Shown here: positions 37,359 through 49,950 of the stretch, piece after piece
Position numbering within the stretch: the first letter of the stretch is position 1
How the letters are laid out: every line of letters begins with the position of its first letter
From: Camelus ferus
Lineage: Eukaryota
Length of the DNA stretch: 64,000 bases
Reading direction: 5' to 3'
NCBI RefSeq assembly: GCF_009834535.1
Contig: NC_045707.1
Coordinates: 53,322,001-53,386,000, forward strand
The notes under the pieces: model-generated
What the model saw: only the letters and a program-made list of their open reading frames with translations
Databases searched by the model: none
Told to the model about the DNA's origin: nothing
Made by a program: the position numbers and the translations under genes

Positions 37359-38749
37359 GTGAGTCTGTGCTCCCAGACCCCTCTTCTTGCCCTCTGTTGT
37401 TTGTTTCGCCAGACTGGGGGTGCCCTGGCCTTGGAGCCTGCTTCTAAGGAGAACAGTAATCTGAGATCGGATGGCGGCGGCCTTTGGGTTTTATTCAAAC
37501 CCTGTGGCCTATGAGGTTTGCCTCGGCCTCCTGGGAGTGGTCTGTGTGGGCCGGACGGTCCGTCATCTTAGCGCCTGGGCCACGAGGCAGGGCTCCGTGC
37601 AGACCTGGGCCCAGCCTTGTTTTTCCAAGACTCTCCCAGGTTCTGCTGCTCTTGCCCCCAGACCCCAGGGGAGAAGAGCTCATACTGGGAGGCCGCCTTT
37701 CCCTGTGACTCTGCAGACAGCTAAAGGGCGCGTAGAGGCCTCCAGGACTCCGGGTTTGGGGCAGCTCATCCAGCTGCAGGTCCCTGATGGGGAGACAGTT
37801 TGGGCCAATTTAAGGGCTGATGATTTCCCGCCTCTTCTCTGTAACCAAGAAGCACCAGGTTTCCAGCGAGTCAGTTATGGGCAGTGACCAAGCGGGCAGC
37901 ACTCAGACCTTTGACCTTTAAACCCTTGGTCGTAGTGGGCTGTGTGTGCATCTGCTGTTGGTCAGCGCATGTCCACGTGTGCACGTCCACAGACTGACCA
38001 CACACCCAACCCATGCATCTCTGTGTCCTCTGGGGATGTTCGTTCAGCCTCTCAGCTGCCCCACTGTGAACACCAGGGGCCCCCCGCTTGACAGAAGGGC
38101 CCCCGCTGATGAGGGGCGGAGCCAGACGTATTCCCAGGGGACTGCCCCGGACTCAGCCCCCTGCTCAGGGCAGGGCTGCCCCTGACGCAGGGACTGGGCG
38201 GGCTCTGCCCCTGCTCAGCCCCGTGGGCCGGTGGGTTCCGTTACCTGCTGGTTGTGGCATCCAAGGCTCTTTGCAGTTTAGCCTCCTCTGTTTTTCCAGT
38301 TTCTGGCCCTTTCCTCCCCTTTCCCTAAATGTTCTGCACCAATGGTTCTCACACTTCCTCAGGATAAACAGCTCAGGAGTTCTGAGACCCTCCTACAACA
38401 CTGAGTCCACACACTGCACACACACTCCTCTCTGGTTCCCCTGTGAGGGACACACATGTGCACACACACGCTGCACTCTGGCCTCTGTGAGGAGCACACA
38501 GTGCACACATGTGCAAGCACACACACTGCTCTCTGGCCCCTGTGAGGACCACAGTCCCCAGCACCTCCAGCCTCATATGTGCATTTGCTTCAACTCTGGG
38601 GGGTGATCTCCATCTTGCTGCTTTAGACACCAGAACTCGATGCACAAAACCAGATGTGGAGAGTCTGAGCTCCCTACGTCTTTGGCCAGTGGAACGTCTT
38701 CCCAGGCAGACTCTTACAGGGCCACTTGAAGACAGACAGGGATGTCCCT

Positions 38750-39135
38750 AGGAACTGGCCACGATGCCCTGAACTGGAGTCAACTCAGATGCCCATCACG
38801 GTGGGACAGGTGCCGGAGCCGGGGCATCTACGTGAGGGTGCTGCCCAGCAGAGAGGGTGAAAGGACTACTTTAAAAGCATGGATGCATCTCACAGACAAA
38901 TGTTTGAAAGAAGCCAGGCAGAAGAGAGTACGTACGCTCTATGCCTTTTCCTTCTAGAAGTTCAGGAGCAGCGGAACTCCCCCTGCTCCGGGTGGTGGAG
39001 TAGGGGGCCTGGGGAGACTGGGTGGAGGAGGCAGGGGAGGCCCTGGGGGAGGGGAGGCTCCTGCCTTGACCTTGGGCATAGCTGTGTGGCTGTCAAGTGG
39101 ACAGGTAACAACCATGCACTTTTCCTTAAGATGCA
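38750..39135 (+). mobile_element. Old L1 (L1ME-like) 3' UTR fragment, sense
   Basis: aactggagtcaactcagatgcccatcac, gcatggatgcatctcacagaca..gaaagaagccaggcagaagagagtac. Confidence 0.6.
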
Positions 39136-41642
39136 GTTTAAGAAGCTAAGACCCAATCTTGTAGAGAGCCCGAGGCAGGTAGCAGGGCCCCCCTGCGGAA
39201 GGCCAAGCCTGGCCCACCAGCTTCCCTGTCTGGAGGGGCACAGGCACTGTCGGGGAGGCTGCGAGGTTGGGCTCTGGCTGGAAAGCCAGTCAGCAGGGCC
39301 TCTTCACACTCTCAGGGCTCAGACACACTCAGAGGCACTGGGGGTCTCTGTTCAGTGCTTCTCCAGGCTCGACTGCCTGAACCCTGGAGACAGTCTTCCA
39401 GATACTCTCCCTGGAGGGTGCAGGGGTGTCCCTGCAGGCCCCTCTGCTCTGAGCACTGCCTCCTCAATTGCACGGTTCCTCAGAGACCAGGCAGCTAGGC
39501 TGTCCTCCTGGGAGCAGGGGCTGAGCAGGGCAAGCAGCCTCACTCCCCTGTCCTGCACCTTTGGTACAGGGTTGCAGCTCACGGCCCCCGGCCCCCGGCC
39601 CCCACCATCGCCCTAGGGTCCCAGCCACAGCCCGAGGTGCTCTGAAATAGGTTCCTGGACCTCAGCAAACACTGAGGAAGGAGGCCCAACCGGTATTTTC
39701 CTGAGACTGATTTACTGTTTATGTATCAGTTGTCTTTTGACTCACCTGTACGTGACCTTGGGGGCATCCCCATGGGTTGCAAAGTTCAGACTGTCTTCCC
39801 TCTGGGAGGCAAGTAGGCATCTGAGACCAGAGCGGGGTCTTGGGTCTTTGCAGCTTTGGGACCCGAGCTGAGCCTGTGTCGGCAGACAGGACAGTTCGGT
39901 GTGGTGTTTATCCCCACAGACGTTGCCCTGCCTAAACCGGGCTTCTCGCAGGACGGAATCACAAGGAGCCCTCCTCCGACCCTGAGGCTGCGGTCTTAAG
40001 AGCGTGCAGGGCAGGCGGGCGGGCACGCGGCAGGCGGCCACTGGGCCCCGCAGTGCAGAGGTCGTGGTGCTGGACTGGGGAGGACCCTTCAGGAGTGAGC
40101 GTTCACTCTGCCCTGGGGACGCAGCATCCTCTCCCATCCCAGGCGGGCTCTCCCCCCGTGCGCACCAGGGGGCTGCATGCGACTCCAGGGCTGCTGCTTT
40201 GGGGAAGAATGAGATTATTTGAGCCCAATGGCATTGCCTACACAAAACCCTCCGCGTGGAGGCAGGCGGCGGGTGGTTTAGACTGTGTTTTGGTGCCGCC
40301 GAGCCCAGGCTCTGTGCCTGGTGCGTCCTGCTTCTGCTCTGCTGTGAGCCTGGCCGGTGGGCTCAGAACGCGGGCAGGAGGCCGGCACTCGGGGGTCAGA
40401 GGGCCCTGGGAGGCGGCGGGGGGAGAGGGGGACCACACCAGTTCTTCTTCAAGCAGCTCTGGTGAGGGAGCAGATGAACAAAGCCTTAAACTAGAGCAGA
40501 ACAGCTGAGCCTGGTTGGAGGCAGCATTTCAAAGGAAATAATTCTGGATTTAGATCACAGATTCTGGGGCCTGGAGTGAATTTTTCAAAACCAGCCTGTG
40601 GAGGGAGGACAGGCGTTTGTAGTGGAAATGCTGACAGCCCTGCGCCTGGGCCGTCTGGGTGTGCGGCCGTCCAGCGCCCGTGCCCCGCTGGGCCCGTGGG
40701 CACCGCGCATCCCTCCCCTGGCTGCGCAGGTCTCGCGGCGCTTTCTTTGGTTTGGTTGTAACTCACTGAGACGTGACCAGCTGCAAACCCCGCTCAGTCG
40801 GCGAATGAGAAACCCCAGGGCTGAGGGGACTTTACTGCCTGGCCTGATGTCAGACCCTGTGTGTGGACGTGGCCCTTCCTGGCCCAGCCCCGGGGCTCAG
40901 CTGAGGACTTGGCGCCCTCAGGGGTTCCCTTGACTCACATGTTTCCTCTCTGGTTCCCACTGGAACCCAGGGCATCCTTTCAGGCCCACCCCATCCCCCA
41001 TCCGTCACCCGTGAAGGCTTCAAACCCTTCTCCAAACTGGCCCCTGGATTGGGGCCTGAACTCTGTGCCCTGGGCTCTGCTAGTGCTTCCCTTGGACCCA
41101 TGGTCCGCACTCGATCTGCATGTGTCCAGTTCCAGGAGGGCCCAGTGTTCTGCCCCTCCCTGACCTCACTGGCAAGGCTCTGCCAGCAGCCTGAGGACTG
41201 TCCACCTGGAATCCGTCCAGCCTGGCAGGGCTATGTGCCGACGAAGCTGTGTCCTGCTGGTGCAGGAGGTGGGGAGCCCATAGAGTGCCGCTCCTACTCT
41301 GGTGCCCCCTCTGGGCATTTCCCAGGCAGCACAGCTCAGCCAAAATGGGGAGAAGGGGGACTCACCTTTGGGTGCCCCCACTCTCCCCTCCCCTGGTCCC
41401 TGCAGGTCTGCACCTTGCACCCCAGAAATGGGTGGCCCAGGGAAAGATTGGGGTGACACTAGGCTGACATGGCAGTGGTGCCTGGAAAACACACCTCTGC
41501 AATAAAATCCTCTGACACCACCCCAGCCTTTGTCGTGTTTTCAGGGTGGCATCCGTACTGTACGTGCTGTTGGAAGGATTGGAGGTTTGAACCCACTGTG
41601 TGCCGGGTGGCCAGTACTCACTGCTACCTCCTCTCTCCTCAG

Positions 41643-41996
41643 CTCAACGATGCTGCCAAGCAGCTGATGGAGATGGACAAGCCGGGCCTGGCCATGGCGT
41701 CCGGCTGCCTCACCTCTTTGCCCTCTGACCCCAGCACAGCCATCAGAGCCATCCCGGGTCCCACTTCAGGCAGCACAGGGGCGGTGAGCGCCTTCCAGAG
41801 GCGTGTGGACAGCAAGAAGAATGCCAAAAAGCGGCACTCCTTCACGGCACTCAGCATGACGCACAAGTCTGCGCAGGCTGCCAGCCACAGGCGCTCCATG
41901 GAGATCAGTGCGCCCGTGTTGATCAGCTCCAGTGACCCCCGGGCCGCGGCCAGGATCGGGGACCTGTCGCACCTGTCCTGCAGTGCTCCTGCCCAG
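41643..41996 (+). CDS. SH3RF3: SH3RF3 internal coding exon (exon 4): linker with Rac1-binding / partial CRIB-like region
   Basis: ctctcctcag|CTC ... CAG|gtaatg; 354 nt, phase 0/0. LNDAAKQLMEMDK...KKNAKKRHSFTALSMTHKS...RRSMEISAPVLISSSDPRAAARIGDL contains the POSH-family KKRHSF and MEISxPVLISSS motifs. Confidence 0.97.
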
Positions 41997-42465
41997 GTAA
42001 TGTCATGGTGCCTCCTCAGCTCCACCTGGCTCTCCATCTCCGAGTTGGTCCCCTGGGCTGGCATGAGGGAGGCCAGGCAGTGGTGCATTTGGGGGTCTTG
42101 GCCTCAGGGTCACCCAAGCCCTGGTGGGAGGTGTGTTTCGGTCTCAACCAGCATTCAGACGGCCCAATAATGGCAGGTGCTTCTCAGGGCCTGCGGCTGA
42201 GCCTTTGAAGGTCCTATCCCAGTCTGCCTTCAGCCCCTCTGACGTGTTGGAAAAAGTCTTGGTTTAGTGCTCTTGTGTCTTCAGCATCTTGGTGACACTT
42301 GCTGACATCCTCCCTGTCAACAGAAAGGGCTGGAGCTCAGACCCAGAAGTGGCCGCATGTTTGCAGAGTCCTTCTGTGTGGATGTGGCACTGGCTCTGTC
42401 CACCAGTGCAGCAAAGGGAGGACCTTGTTCTCAGCCAGCCAGACCAGGCAGCCCTGGAACCAGGC

Positions 42466-42990
42466 TGTCAGTGAGTCCAGATTCGTCCTGCTTACCGCAC
42501 AGCAGGCCAGCAAATTGAGAGATGAGGCAAGGAATAGCAACTTTACTAGGAAAGCCAGCAGACCGAGAAGATGGTGGACTTCTTGTCTGAAGGAGGACCA
42601 TCTTGCCTGGGTTTGGATGCTAGTTTCTTTTATAGAACAAGAGGGAGAGGTGAGGTGTGAGGAGGTAAAGTAAAACAGGCGTAGGCTGTTGCAGACATTT
42701 CCTGGTTCCAGCCAGACTTCGAGGGGGAGGTGTTAATTTCTCCTTGCCCGCAGTCATTCACAGGTGGGCCCCATCAGGATGTTTCCTGTGAGCTAAACAA
42801 AAGTATTTTAGCTTAATGCTCAGGCCTGGGAGGCAGGGTCCCGGGAGATGGGCCATGATGTGTACATTTTAAACTGTAGCCCACCTCCCTTTAGTGATTA
42901 ACTTGTAGGAAAAAAAAAAAAATAGAATACAAAGGTTAAAGTAAAAGAAACTGACCCAGTCTGGGGCCAGACTTGTTCTTCCCTGTTACA
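42466..42990 (-). mobile_element. Solo ERV1-type LTR, antisense, 525 bp
   Basis: Begins TGTCA and ends TTACA, with a perfect 4-bp TSD aggc (42462-42465, 42991-42994). Minus-strand TATAAAA at 42628-42634 and variant polyA signal AGTAAA at 42542-42547. Confidence 0.88.
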
Positions 42991-43450
42991 AGGCCAGACT
43001 CGCCCACGGTGCCCAATCTCTAAGTCCTGTACTCGCAGGAAATGGACACTGGCAGAGCTCTCTGGAACGTCCTCCTGCCCCAGGCGTGGGCAGGAGGCCC
43101 CTTTCCCTCAGCTCACCTGCGCTCCGCCCTTGCTGCCACGGCTGCTGAGTTAATCCTCAGAGGGACCGTCGGGGCCCTGCCGTCAGTTCTACTGTCCACA
43201 GGCCGGCCTGGTCAGGAGGGGTCAGACCTTCTGGTCCACGGGATTTACCTGATGACATAGCTTGTGCTGGAGATGACTGAGGTCCTGGGACCTGTTTTCC
43301 CGCAGGTACACGTGACCAGTGTGGTCAGAGGGTGAGAGGTCAAGCACAGCAGTTTGCACCTGTCTCTGACCCGGTTTAACTACACTGACAGGAGGTGGAA
43401 GGGTGGTGTTGAGAGCTGTGAGTTAAGGGCTGCGAACCAGGAGGCCAAAC

Positions 43451-43630
43451 CCCCGCTCTGCCCCCGCCTGGCCCCGCCCCTGCCTTGGCCCCACCCCACT
43501 CTGGCTCTGCCCTGGCCCTGCCCCGTCCTGGCGCCACCCCGACTCAGGCTCTGCTCTGGCTCCGCCCCTGCAGCGGCTCCGCCCCTGCCCTGGCCCCACC
43601 CCCGCCTGGCTCCGCCCCCGCCCTGGCGCT
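43451..43630. repeat. Degenerate GC-rich tandem repeat (ctggccccgcccc-like units)
   Basis: Repeated tggc(c/t)cc(g/a)cccc units, several CCGCCC boxes. Confidence 0.8.
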
Positions 43631-46600
43631 GCAGCGAGGCCTCCTTCCTGGTCTGCGCCCTCAGATTCACTCCCATCTTCCTGCCTCTGGACCACCTGGA
43701 GTCCTCTAGTAACGTTGACCTCCACCTGGGTGCTCCTGGAGATGCCCCATTGCCTCAGACAAGCCCCGATCTCCTTAATGTGGCCTCAAAATCCCCCCAA
43801 ACTGGGGCTCTTGTCTTTCCACCACTTCCACCAGTCACTCCACCCTCCACACAGACCCTCACTTGTGCGCCCACGCTGGTCCGGCTTGGCTCCCCCTCCC
43901 AAGACTGCGCCACTGGTTCCTCTGCTGCTGTTCCTGCCCCTACCTGACCTCGCCCCCCCCCCCGCCCCCTCCCCTCCCAGGGCGAGACACAGTCCAGGCG
44001 GGACACCCAGCAGGCACCGGAGGGCATGCTCGCTTCCCCTCACACCTTGTCGCTTGTATTCATAATCGACTCCCCCACCCTTGGACCTGGAGGCCCTTGG
44101 CAGAGACTGGATGTTGTTTACTCCTGTGTCCTGGCCCTGGCCCCCCAGGCCATCTGTCCTCGGGTGGCCTGGGATCTGAGTCAGCTTGCTGGATTCCAGG
44201 TGGGCTGCGTGTGAATCATCATGGCTCCAGCGATGACCTCCCTGCCATTACAGTCCCACGGGCATGGGGGTCCACGAGGACAGCTGCAGAGAAGGCGCAG
44301 CTGGGAAGTGAGCCCCTGAGGGCTCCCAGGGGAACGAGGTGGGGCTGAGCCTCAGATGCCTGCCCTGCTCACACGTGACCCTTACGAACTGTTCCTCCCT
44401 GCTACTTGGGGAGGTCAGAGGTCAGCTGAGTCCTCGTGAATAATGGAGCGTCTGGGTCACCTTGCTGCTGGGGAGGGAGGCTGTTTCGTGCTGGTGAGTG
44501 TCTGCTTGTGGACGTCATCAGGCCAGAGCGGGAGGTAACTGCATATCAGAGCTGCCTGCTGTAAACCCCTTTGGAAGCCAGCAGGTGCCCCAGGCCATCT
44601 CCTGGCTGCCCGGCAAGCCTCGGTGGTGGCATAGGGCTCCCGTGCCGGTCAGCTGGGCTGGTTAGCCCTCCAGGCCTGCTTCCTGCCCGGACTGCTCATC
44701 CACCATAGGCTGGTGCTGCATGGTGCCCTCACCTCAGAAGCCAAGAGATGCTGCCAAGGGTGCCCCCTTGCTGGTAAATGAAGCCTTGCTGGGACAGCCG
44801 CACCTGCTGCTGCCACATCATCTGCCCAGCTGTTTTCAGGCCACAGCAGAGGAGCCAGTGGTTGAGAAGAGACCATGTGACCTGCAGAGGCTGAAATATG
44901 TATCGCCTGGCCCTGTGCGGGGACACTGGCCCAGCCCTGGTCGGTGGCGTCCCCATCACTGTGGCAGAGGTGGGGTGTGGCCGCCGGTACACTGGCCTCC
45001 ACAGGCTCCCACGTGGAGGTGACACGCCACCTCCGCTCATGTTCAGTGGCCAAAGCAAGTCTGCCAGCCCAGCTCTGCTTGAAGGGGTGGGAAGTGGAGT
45101 CCACGGCACTCAGGGAGGAGCCCAGGTGTCGGAGAATAGTCCACGGCACCATCTCCTCAGCGCCTCTGATTCTCTGTGAATTTTAACTGCTTCACACAGA
45201 GGCCAGCAACCTCAGAGAGCAGGCAGCGACCCACAGAAACCGAAGCCGGTGTTCCTCTGCCTCCTGTCCTTGGACGGCTGTGGGGTGCGCCTGGTGCTCT
45301 CCGTGGGGTAGCCGGGTCCACGCAGGCTGACCCCATCCAGCCTGACCCCATCCAGCCAACAACCGGCTTTCACCAGACACGGTGTTTCTCAGCTTCAGAG
45401 TGACCATGACTAATGGACCAGCTTAAAGTAAGCAAACGGAAGCCCTTGAGATGGGGGAATTGCCCTTTAAAATCGATGGAACAGGGAGTGTTTGAAATTC
45501 AGCAGCGAGAACATCAAGAAGGAGCGTTTCCTCGGTGTCTGAGGAGGAAAGGAAGGGTCCTCCTGGGAGCCTCCGGCATCTTTAAACGCGCCCACCTGCC
45601 ACCTCCTCCTGCTGCCTCCTCTCCTCTGTGCTGCAGGTTGGCCTCCAGCGGAGGAAGAGGGGACCATCACACCAGGCTCCCTGCTCTCAGCCGAGCCTCC
45701 AGGCTCCTGCCTGCGGAGAACCTGAGTTTGTGTTTACATTTTCAGAAGGTTACAGATTTAATTCTGTGCCTTATAAGGAGCAAAAATAATTTAAAAAAAA
45801 TACGAAGTGAGTACAAGAAGAATAAAAAATCTCACCCCAAGGACTTCGCACAAGAAGAGCTTTCTCCATAGACATAGGGGCTGCTGTCCAGGACTCACCA
45901 GCGGGGCAGAGACGCTGGCCGCCTGGGCCCGGCTTTCCATCCACAGTGTCAGGTGCCAGTCGTGTTTGTTCTGCAGTGGTGATGAGACAGGAATCATGTG
46001 TGCAGGTTTCTGCTGGGCCCCAGGCTGTCGCTGGTGGATAAGGGGGACCATCTAGACCCCGGGACCTGTGAGCTGCCTTCCCTCTGTCCTCTCTCGTGTT
46101 TGGCAAGCTCTCGGCTAAAGGAGCAGCCATGGCAGGTCCAGGAGGGCTCTTGGTGGACCACACCCTCTAGGACCAGCCAGCCCAGCAGGAGACAAGGACA
46201 CAGCTCCAGGGCCCAGAAGCAGATGGTAGGGGGCACCGTGGATCAGCACAAGGAATGGCCGCAGACCTGCCGGTGGGAGGAGACGGCAGGAGAGGAGGCC
46301 AGGGTGGGCACCCAGGGCCTGAGCCCACCTGTTGGCCATAAATATTTTATTCTAAAGTTGTCTGTGGGAAGCATGTTCCGAAGAGTCTGATTTACACCCT
46401 GTGTCATGGAGTGGTAGCGTGTAATGAATAAAACATGCCCATTTCACGGCTCCTTGCGGCGATGACAGTGCTGTTGGGGTCGGTGGCCCTGAGGACTGAG
46501 CCACCCGTGTCCTCGCCCTGCCAGGCGGCTCCCTGCCAGTCGGGCTGCGCTTGCCTGCCTGCCCTGAACCCCAGCATGTGTCCGTCACCAGGCACCTGGA

Positions 46601-47220
46601 AAGAGTACAGTGAGCCACCCTATCCCAGCGGTCAGCCCTCTGGCGAGGGGCCTGGAGGGGGCGAGGTGTCGCCAGGAGGCAGGGAGCACGTCTGTCCCAG
46701 GGCTTTTCATCTGGAACAGCTGGAGCCGCTCTCCTTCCTCCATCTCTGCCAGATTTCCTCACTCCTGCCAAGCCTTCACTGATCCCTTAGGGCCCAGAAT
46801 CATTTAAAAGTAAACCATTAAAAATCAAAGCAGAGTCAGCCACGAGCCCCTCACTGAGGAGGAAACAGGTCCCAGTCCCGACCCAGGAAGCCTGTTCCAT
46901 GTGATCAGAGCCAGGGGCCAGACTCTCCCATCCCCGCCTTCTAGAAGTGGTGCACGAGGGTGTGGTAGGGCTCCGGGCAGTGCTGTCCTCCCCGGGCGGG
47001 GCAGCTGCTACAGCTTGGAGCCCCGTGTGATGCCTTGTGCTTAGGAGCCCTTAATCAGACCCCCAAGAGTAGCCCCCGCCTGTGCTGTCAGCACACGGCT
47101 GCCTCCGGCTCGGCTGGGCCTGTGTCCACGGCTGTTCACAGCTCAGCTGCCAGCAGGGACACCCTCCACCTCTGTTGACAGGAACAGAGGTGAAGACCGG
47201 GCTCAGAGGAGGACGGATGG

Positions 47221-47262
47221 GACCCTGCACCCCTGGGAGGTGACCCTGCACCCCTGGGAGGT
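47221..47262. repeat. Tandem duplication of 21-mer gaccctgcacccctgggaggt
   Basis: Two identical adjacent copies. Confidence 0.9.
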
Positions 47263-48729
47263 CACCCGCCTCCGAGCAGAGCCAGGGGGCTCCCACCACT
47301 GGACATGATGCCCGAAGGGCCTTCATCTGGGCTCCGCGCTGCATGGGGGCCAAGTCGGAGCCCCGGGCTCAGTGGGTGGAGTTGTAGATGTTCTTCATCT
47401 CGACCTTGACTTTTGGAAAAGAAGTTGTCACAGGTTTGACTTCTCCTGACCCCTTTCCAGCTCTGATGGAGGGTCTGCCCAGAGATCCCAGTTACTTGCT
47501 TTGTGGTCATTGTCCTGTCGAGTTTCAGCCAAGGCCAGGTGTCCAGCAGCCGTCGGCACTGCCCACTGTGCTCCTGCGGGGCAGCTTTGTCACCCCAGAG
47601 CCAGGTGAGCTCCCCAAGTTCTCCAGCCCCGAGCACCTGTCGTGAGGAGTTGACAGGTGTGGGGGGCTGGAGGGCCAGCACTGTGGCCCAGCCCACACCC
47701 GCAGCCGGCCTCTGCCTCCGCCTGGGAGATGGAAACCGGTCTCCTCCGCATGGACCGCCTCCTGTTGAATCACAGCCCAAGTGGCTGGAGGGCAGCGGGG
47801 ACGTGGAGAGACCCCACGGTCAGCATCAGCAGCTTTGCTGTTGGGCCGGCTGCTGTTTCAGGAGAGTTTGCTTGGGCAGGAGGCCCTGTTACAGGAGCAG
47901 GGTCGTGGGTTTGGGTCCGTCTGAGCCAGCTGTCTCCTGGGTCCTGCCACCCGGCCTACACCCTCAGCCACACTGTGGCCAGCAGTGCCCAGGCCTGGTC
48001 AGCAGGATGGCCAATAGCAGGGTCACTCCACGGTCCTCCCCAGTCCCTTCCTGGCCCCCACAAAGGCACGAGTGTGGGATCATCTGAACCAGGGCCTGAT
48101 CTGGAAACAGACTCAGATGGGTCTGTCATTCTGTGTATCTCACTTTGAAAACTTGACGGGAAACCAATCACTGTTGATAGTAAAATGATGGAAAATTTGA
48201 ACATACAGCCTTTGGAAAATTAACTGAAATTCCAGGTCCCTAAGTACCAACGCCATCGTGTGCTATATAAGTGCCCATGCTTTTCCCCCAGAGGAAACGC
48301 ACCCATCTAATGAGAAAGCAGCTGGCGCCGTGTCCAGTTCCCTAGCCCATCCCTTCGATGCACGGCCCTCAGCTCTCCCAGCCTCGTGCATGTCCTCCCC
48401 TCGGCCGTGGGGGCCGTGCCTCGCTGGCGTCCAGCCTGCACCGGGAGCACGGGGCCTCAACACATGGTTCCTTGTGTTGTAAACGGTGCCGTGAAATCCT
48501 CGTCTGAACCTTCACTTGCCTTGTCCATATATTTTAGGATTCGTTCTGAACAGGAAGTGAGGGGTCAGCAGGGCCCCCCTTCTCTCCAGAACTGAGAGAA
48601 GCTTTGTCAGTAACTAGATTTGGGCAGTGTGTATGGGAAGGGCCTGGGGCTCCTCCCTGCCCAGTTTCTCCCTGACTGTGAGCAGGGTAGCATTCCTTCT
48701 GCCCCTCATTCTGTCAGCCACTAGTCCTG

Positions 48730-49010
48730 CTGGTACAGGGGGGTGACATGCCCATGCCTAACCCCCAGAACCCATGAATGTGTCACCTCACTTGGCAGAA
48801 GGACAAGGAACTTTGAGACGGGAGACAGTCCTGGGCCCCTGGGCCCAGCGTGAGCATAGGGGGTCCTTCTGAGATAAGTGAGGGGCTGACCCTGCTGCTC
48901 TGCTGGCTGTGAGGCCACAGGAGGGGCCCGTGCCTGGGGGTGGGAAAGGCTGGGATGGACTCTCCCTGGAGCCTCCAGAAGAGCAGCCCTGCCACACGTG
49001 CTTTTAGGAC
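48730..49010 (+). mobile_element. MaLR (MLT1-like) LTR fragment
   Basis: cctaacccccagaacccatgaatgtgtcacctcacttggcagaaggac..gactctccctggagcctccagaagagcagccctgccacac are MLT1 hallmark segments. Confidence 0.75.
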
Positions 49011-49139
49011 CCCCCCAGAGCTGACCCGAGACGGGAAGTCTGTGTCACACCAAGGCACTGGCTTGCGGTCACTTGCGCAGCCACGGGAAGCTCCTGTGGA
49101 CAGCGTGGTGGGGCAGCACACAGCCCCAGCACCGGGCTG

Positions 49140-49325
49140 CTGAGTTCACGCCCAGCCTGGCAGTGTGACTGAGCCACTGGCCTCTCTGCTCTGGGCCTCG
49201 ACCCCCCCGTGGTGTGAAATGGTGGCAGACAGTGGCTCCCACTTTACAAACGCTTACTCTGAGAGTGAGATGCATCGTCCCAGGTGAGGTGCTCAGAGCA
49301 GAGCACGGTCCCAGTGAGCGCCGCG
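49140..49325. mobile_element. MIR fragment
   Basis: gtgtgactgagccactggcctctctgctctgggcctc..gtgaaatgg..gtgctcagagcagagcacggtcccagtgagcgc. Confidence 0.5.
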
Positions 49326-49873
49326 TGGGGGAGTGGCTGTCACATCCATGCCCTATCTAGGCCTCCCTCCCCCTCCTCACCCTGCCCCTGATCCAGGGCT
49401 GAACTTCCGCAGCTGCCAGCATCCCTACCAGGTGTGTCTTTGGCCTCAGGGTGCGGACCGGGACCCGCAGGTGGCCCAGTGGCTCCAGGGGTTCACACAC
49501 CCCCTCGTCTGCCAGCCTCTCTTTCAGCCTAGCCCTTCACCTGATGCTCCCAGGAGCCCCTCTGGCCACGTACAGGCAAGCCCCTGCCGTGTGCTCGTGG
49601 GCCCTGCACTCGCTGGGACCCTGTGTCTGCAGGGACCTGCCTGACGCCTGTCCCCCTGAGTAAGCCCCATGGTCAGAGGCAGTGCCTATGCCCCAGTCGG
49701 CCCAAGCTCAGGTGGGTGGCTCCCTCCACTGGGCTGCAGGCAGAACCTGGGACCCTAGCAGGCCAAAGGGTCAGGCAGCTGAGGGGCCAGATGTCCCTGG
49801 ACTCCACCCCTACTGCCCTTCTCCCGCTGTAGGAGCCCCCGTCCACTCACTGTCTCCTCTTGTCTGTTTCCAG

Positions 49874-49950
49874 GACTCCTCCTCGGCCGGACCTGCCCCA
49901 GCGGCTGAACAGCAGGGCATGGCTCCCAAAGTCCAGCTGCCCCTCAATGT
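49874..49950 (+). CDS. SH3RF3: SH3RF3 internal coding exon (exon 5): short linker before SH3-3
   Basis: tgtttccag|GAC ... AATGT|gtgagc; 77 nt, phase 0/2. DSSSAGPAPAAEQQGMAPKVQLPLN(V); the PKVQLPLNV end is SH3RF3-like and the phase fits the next exon. Confidence 0.9.
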
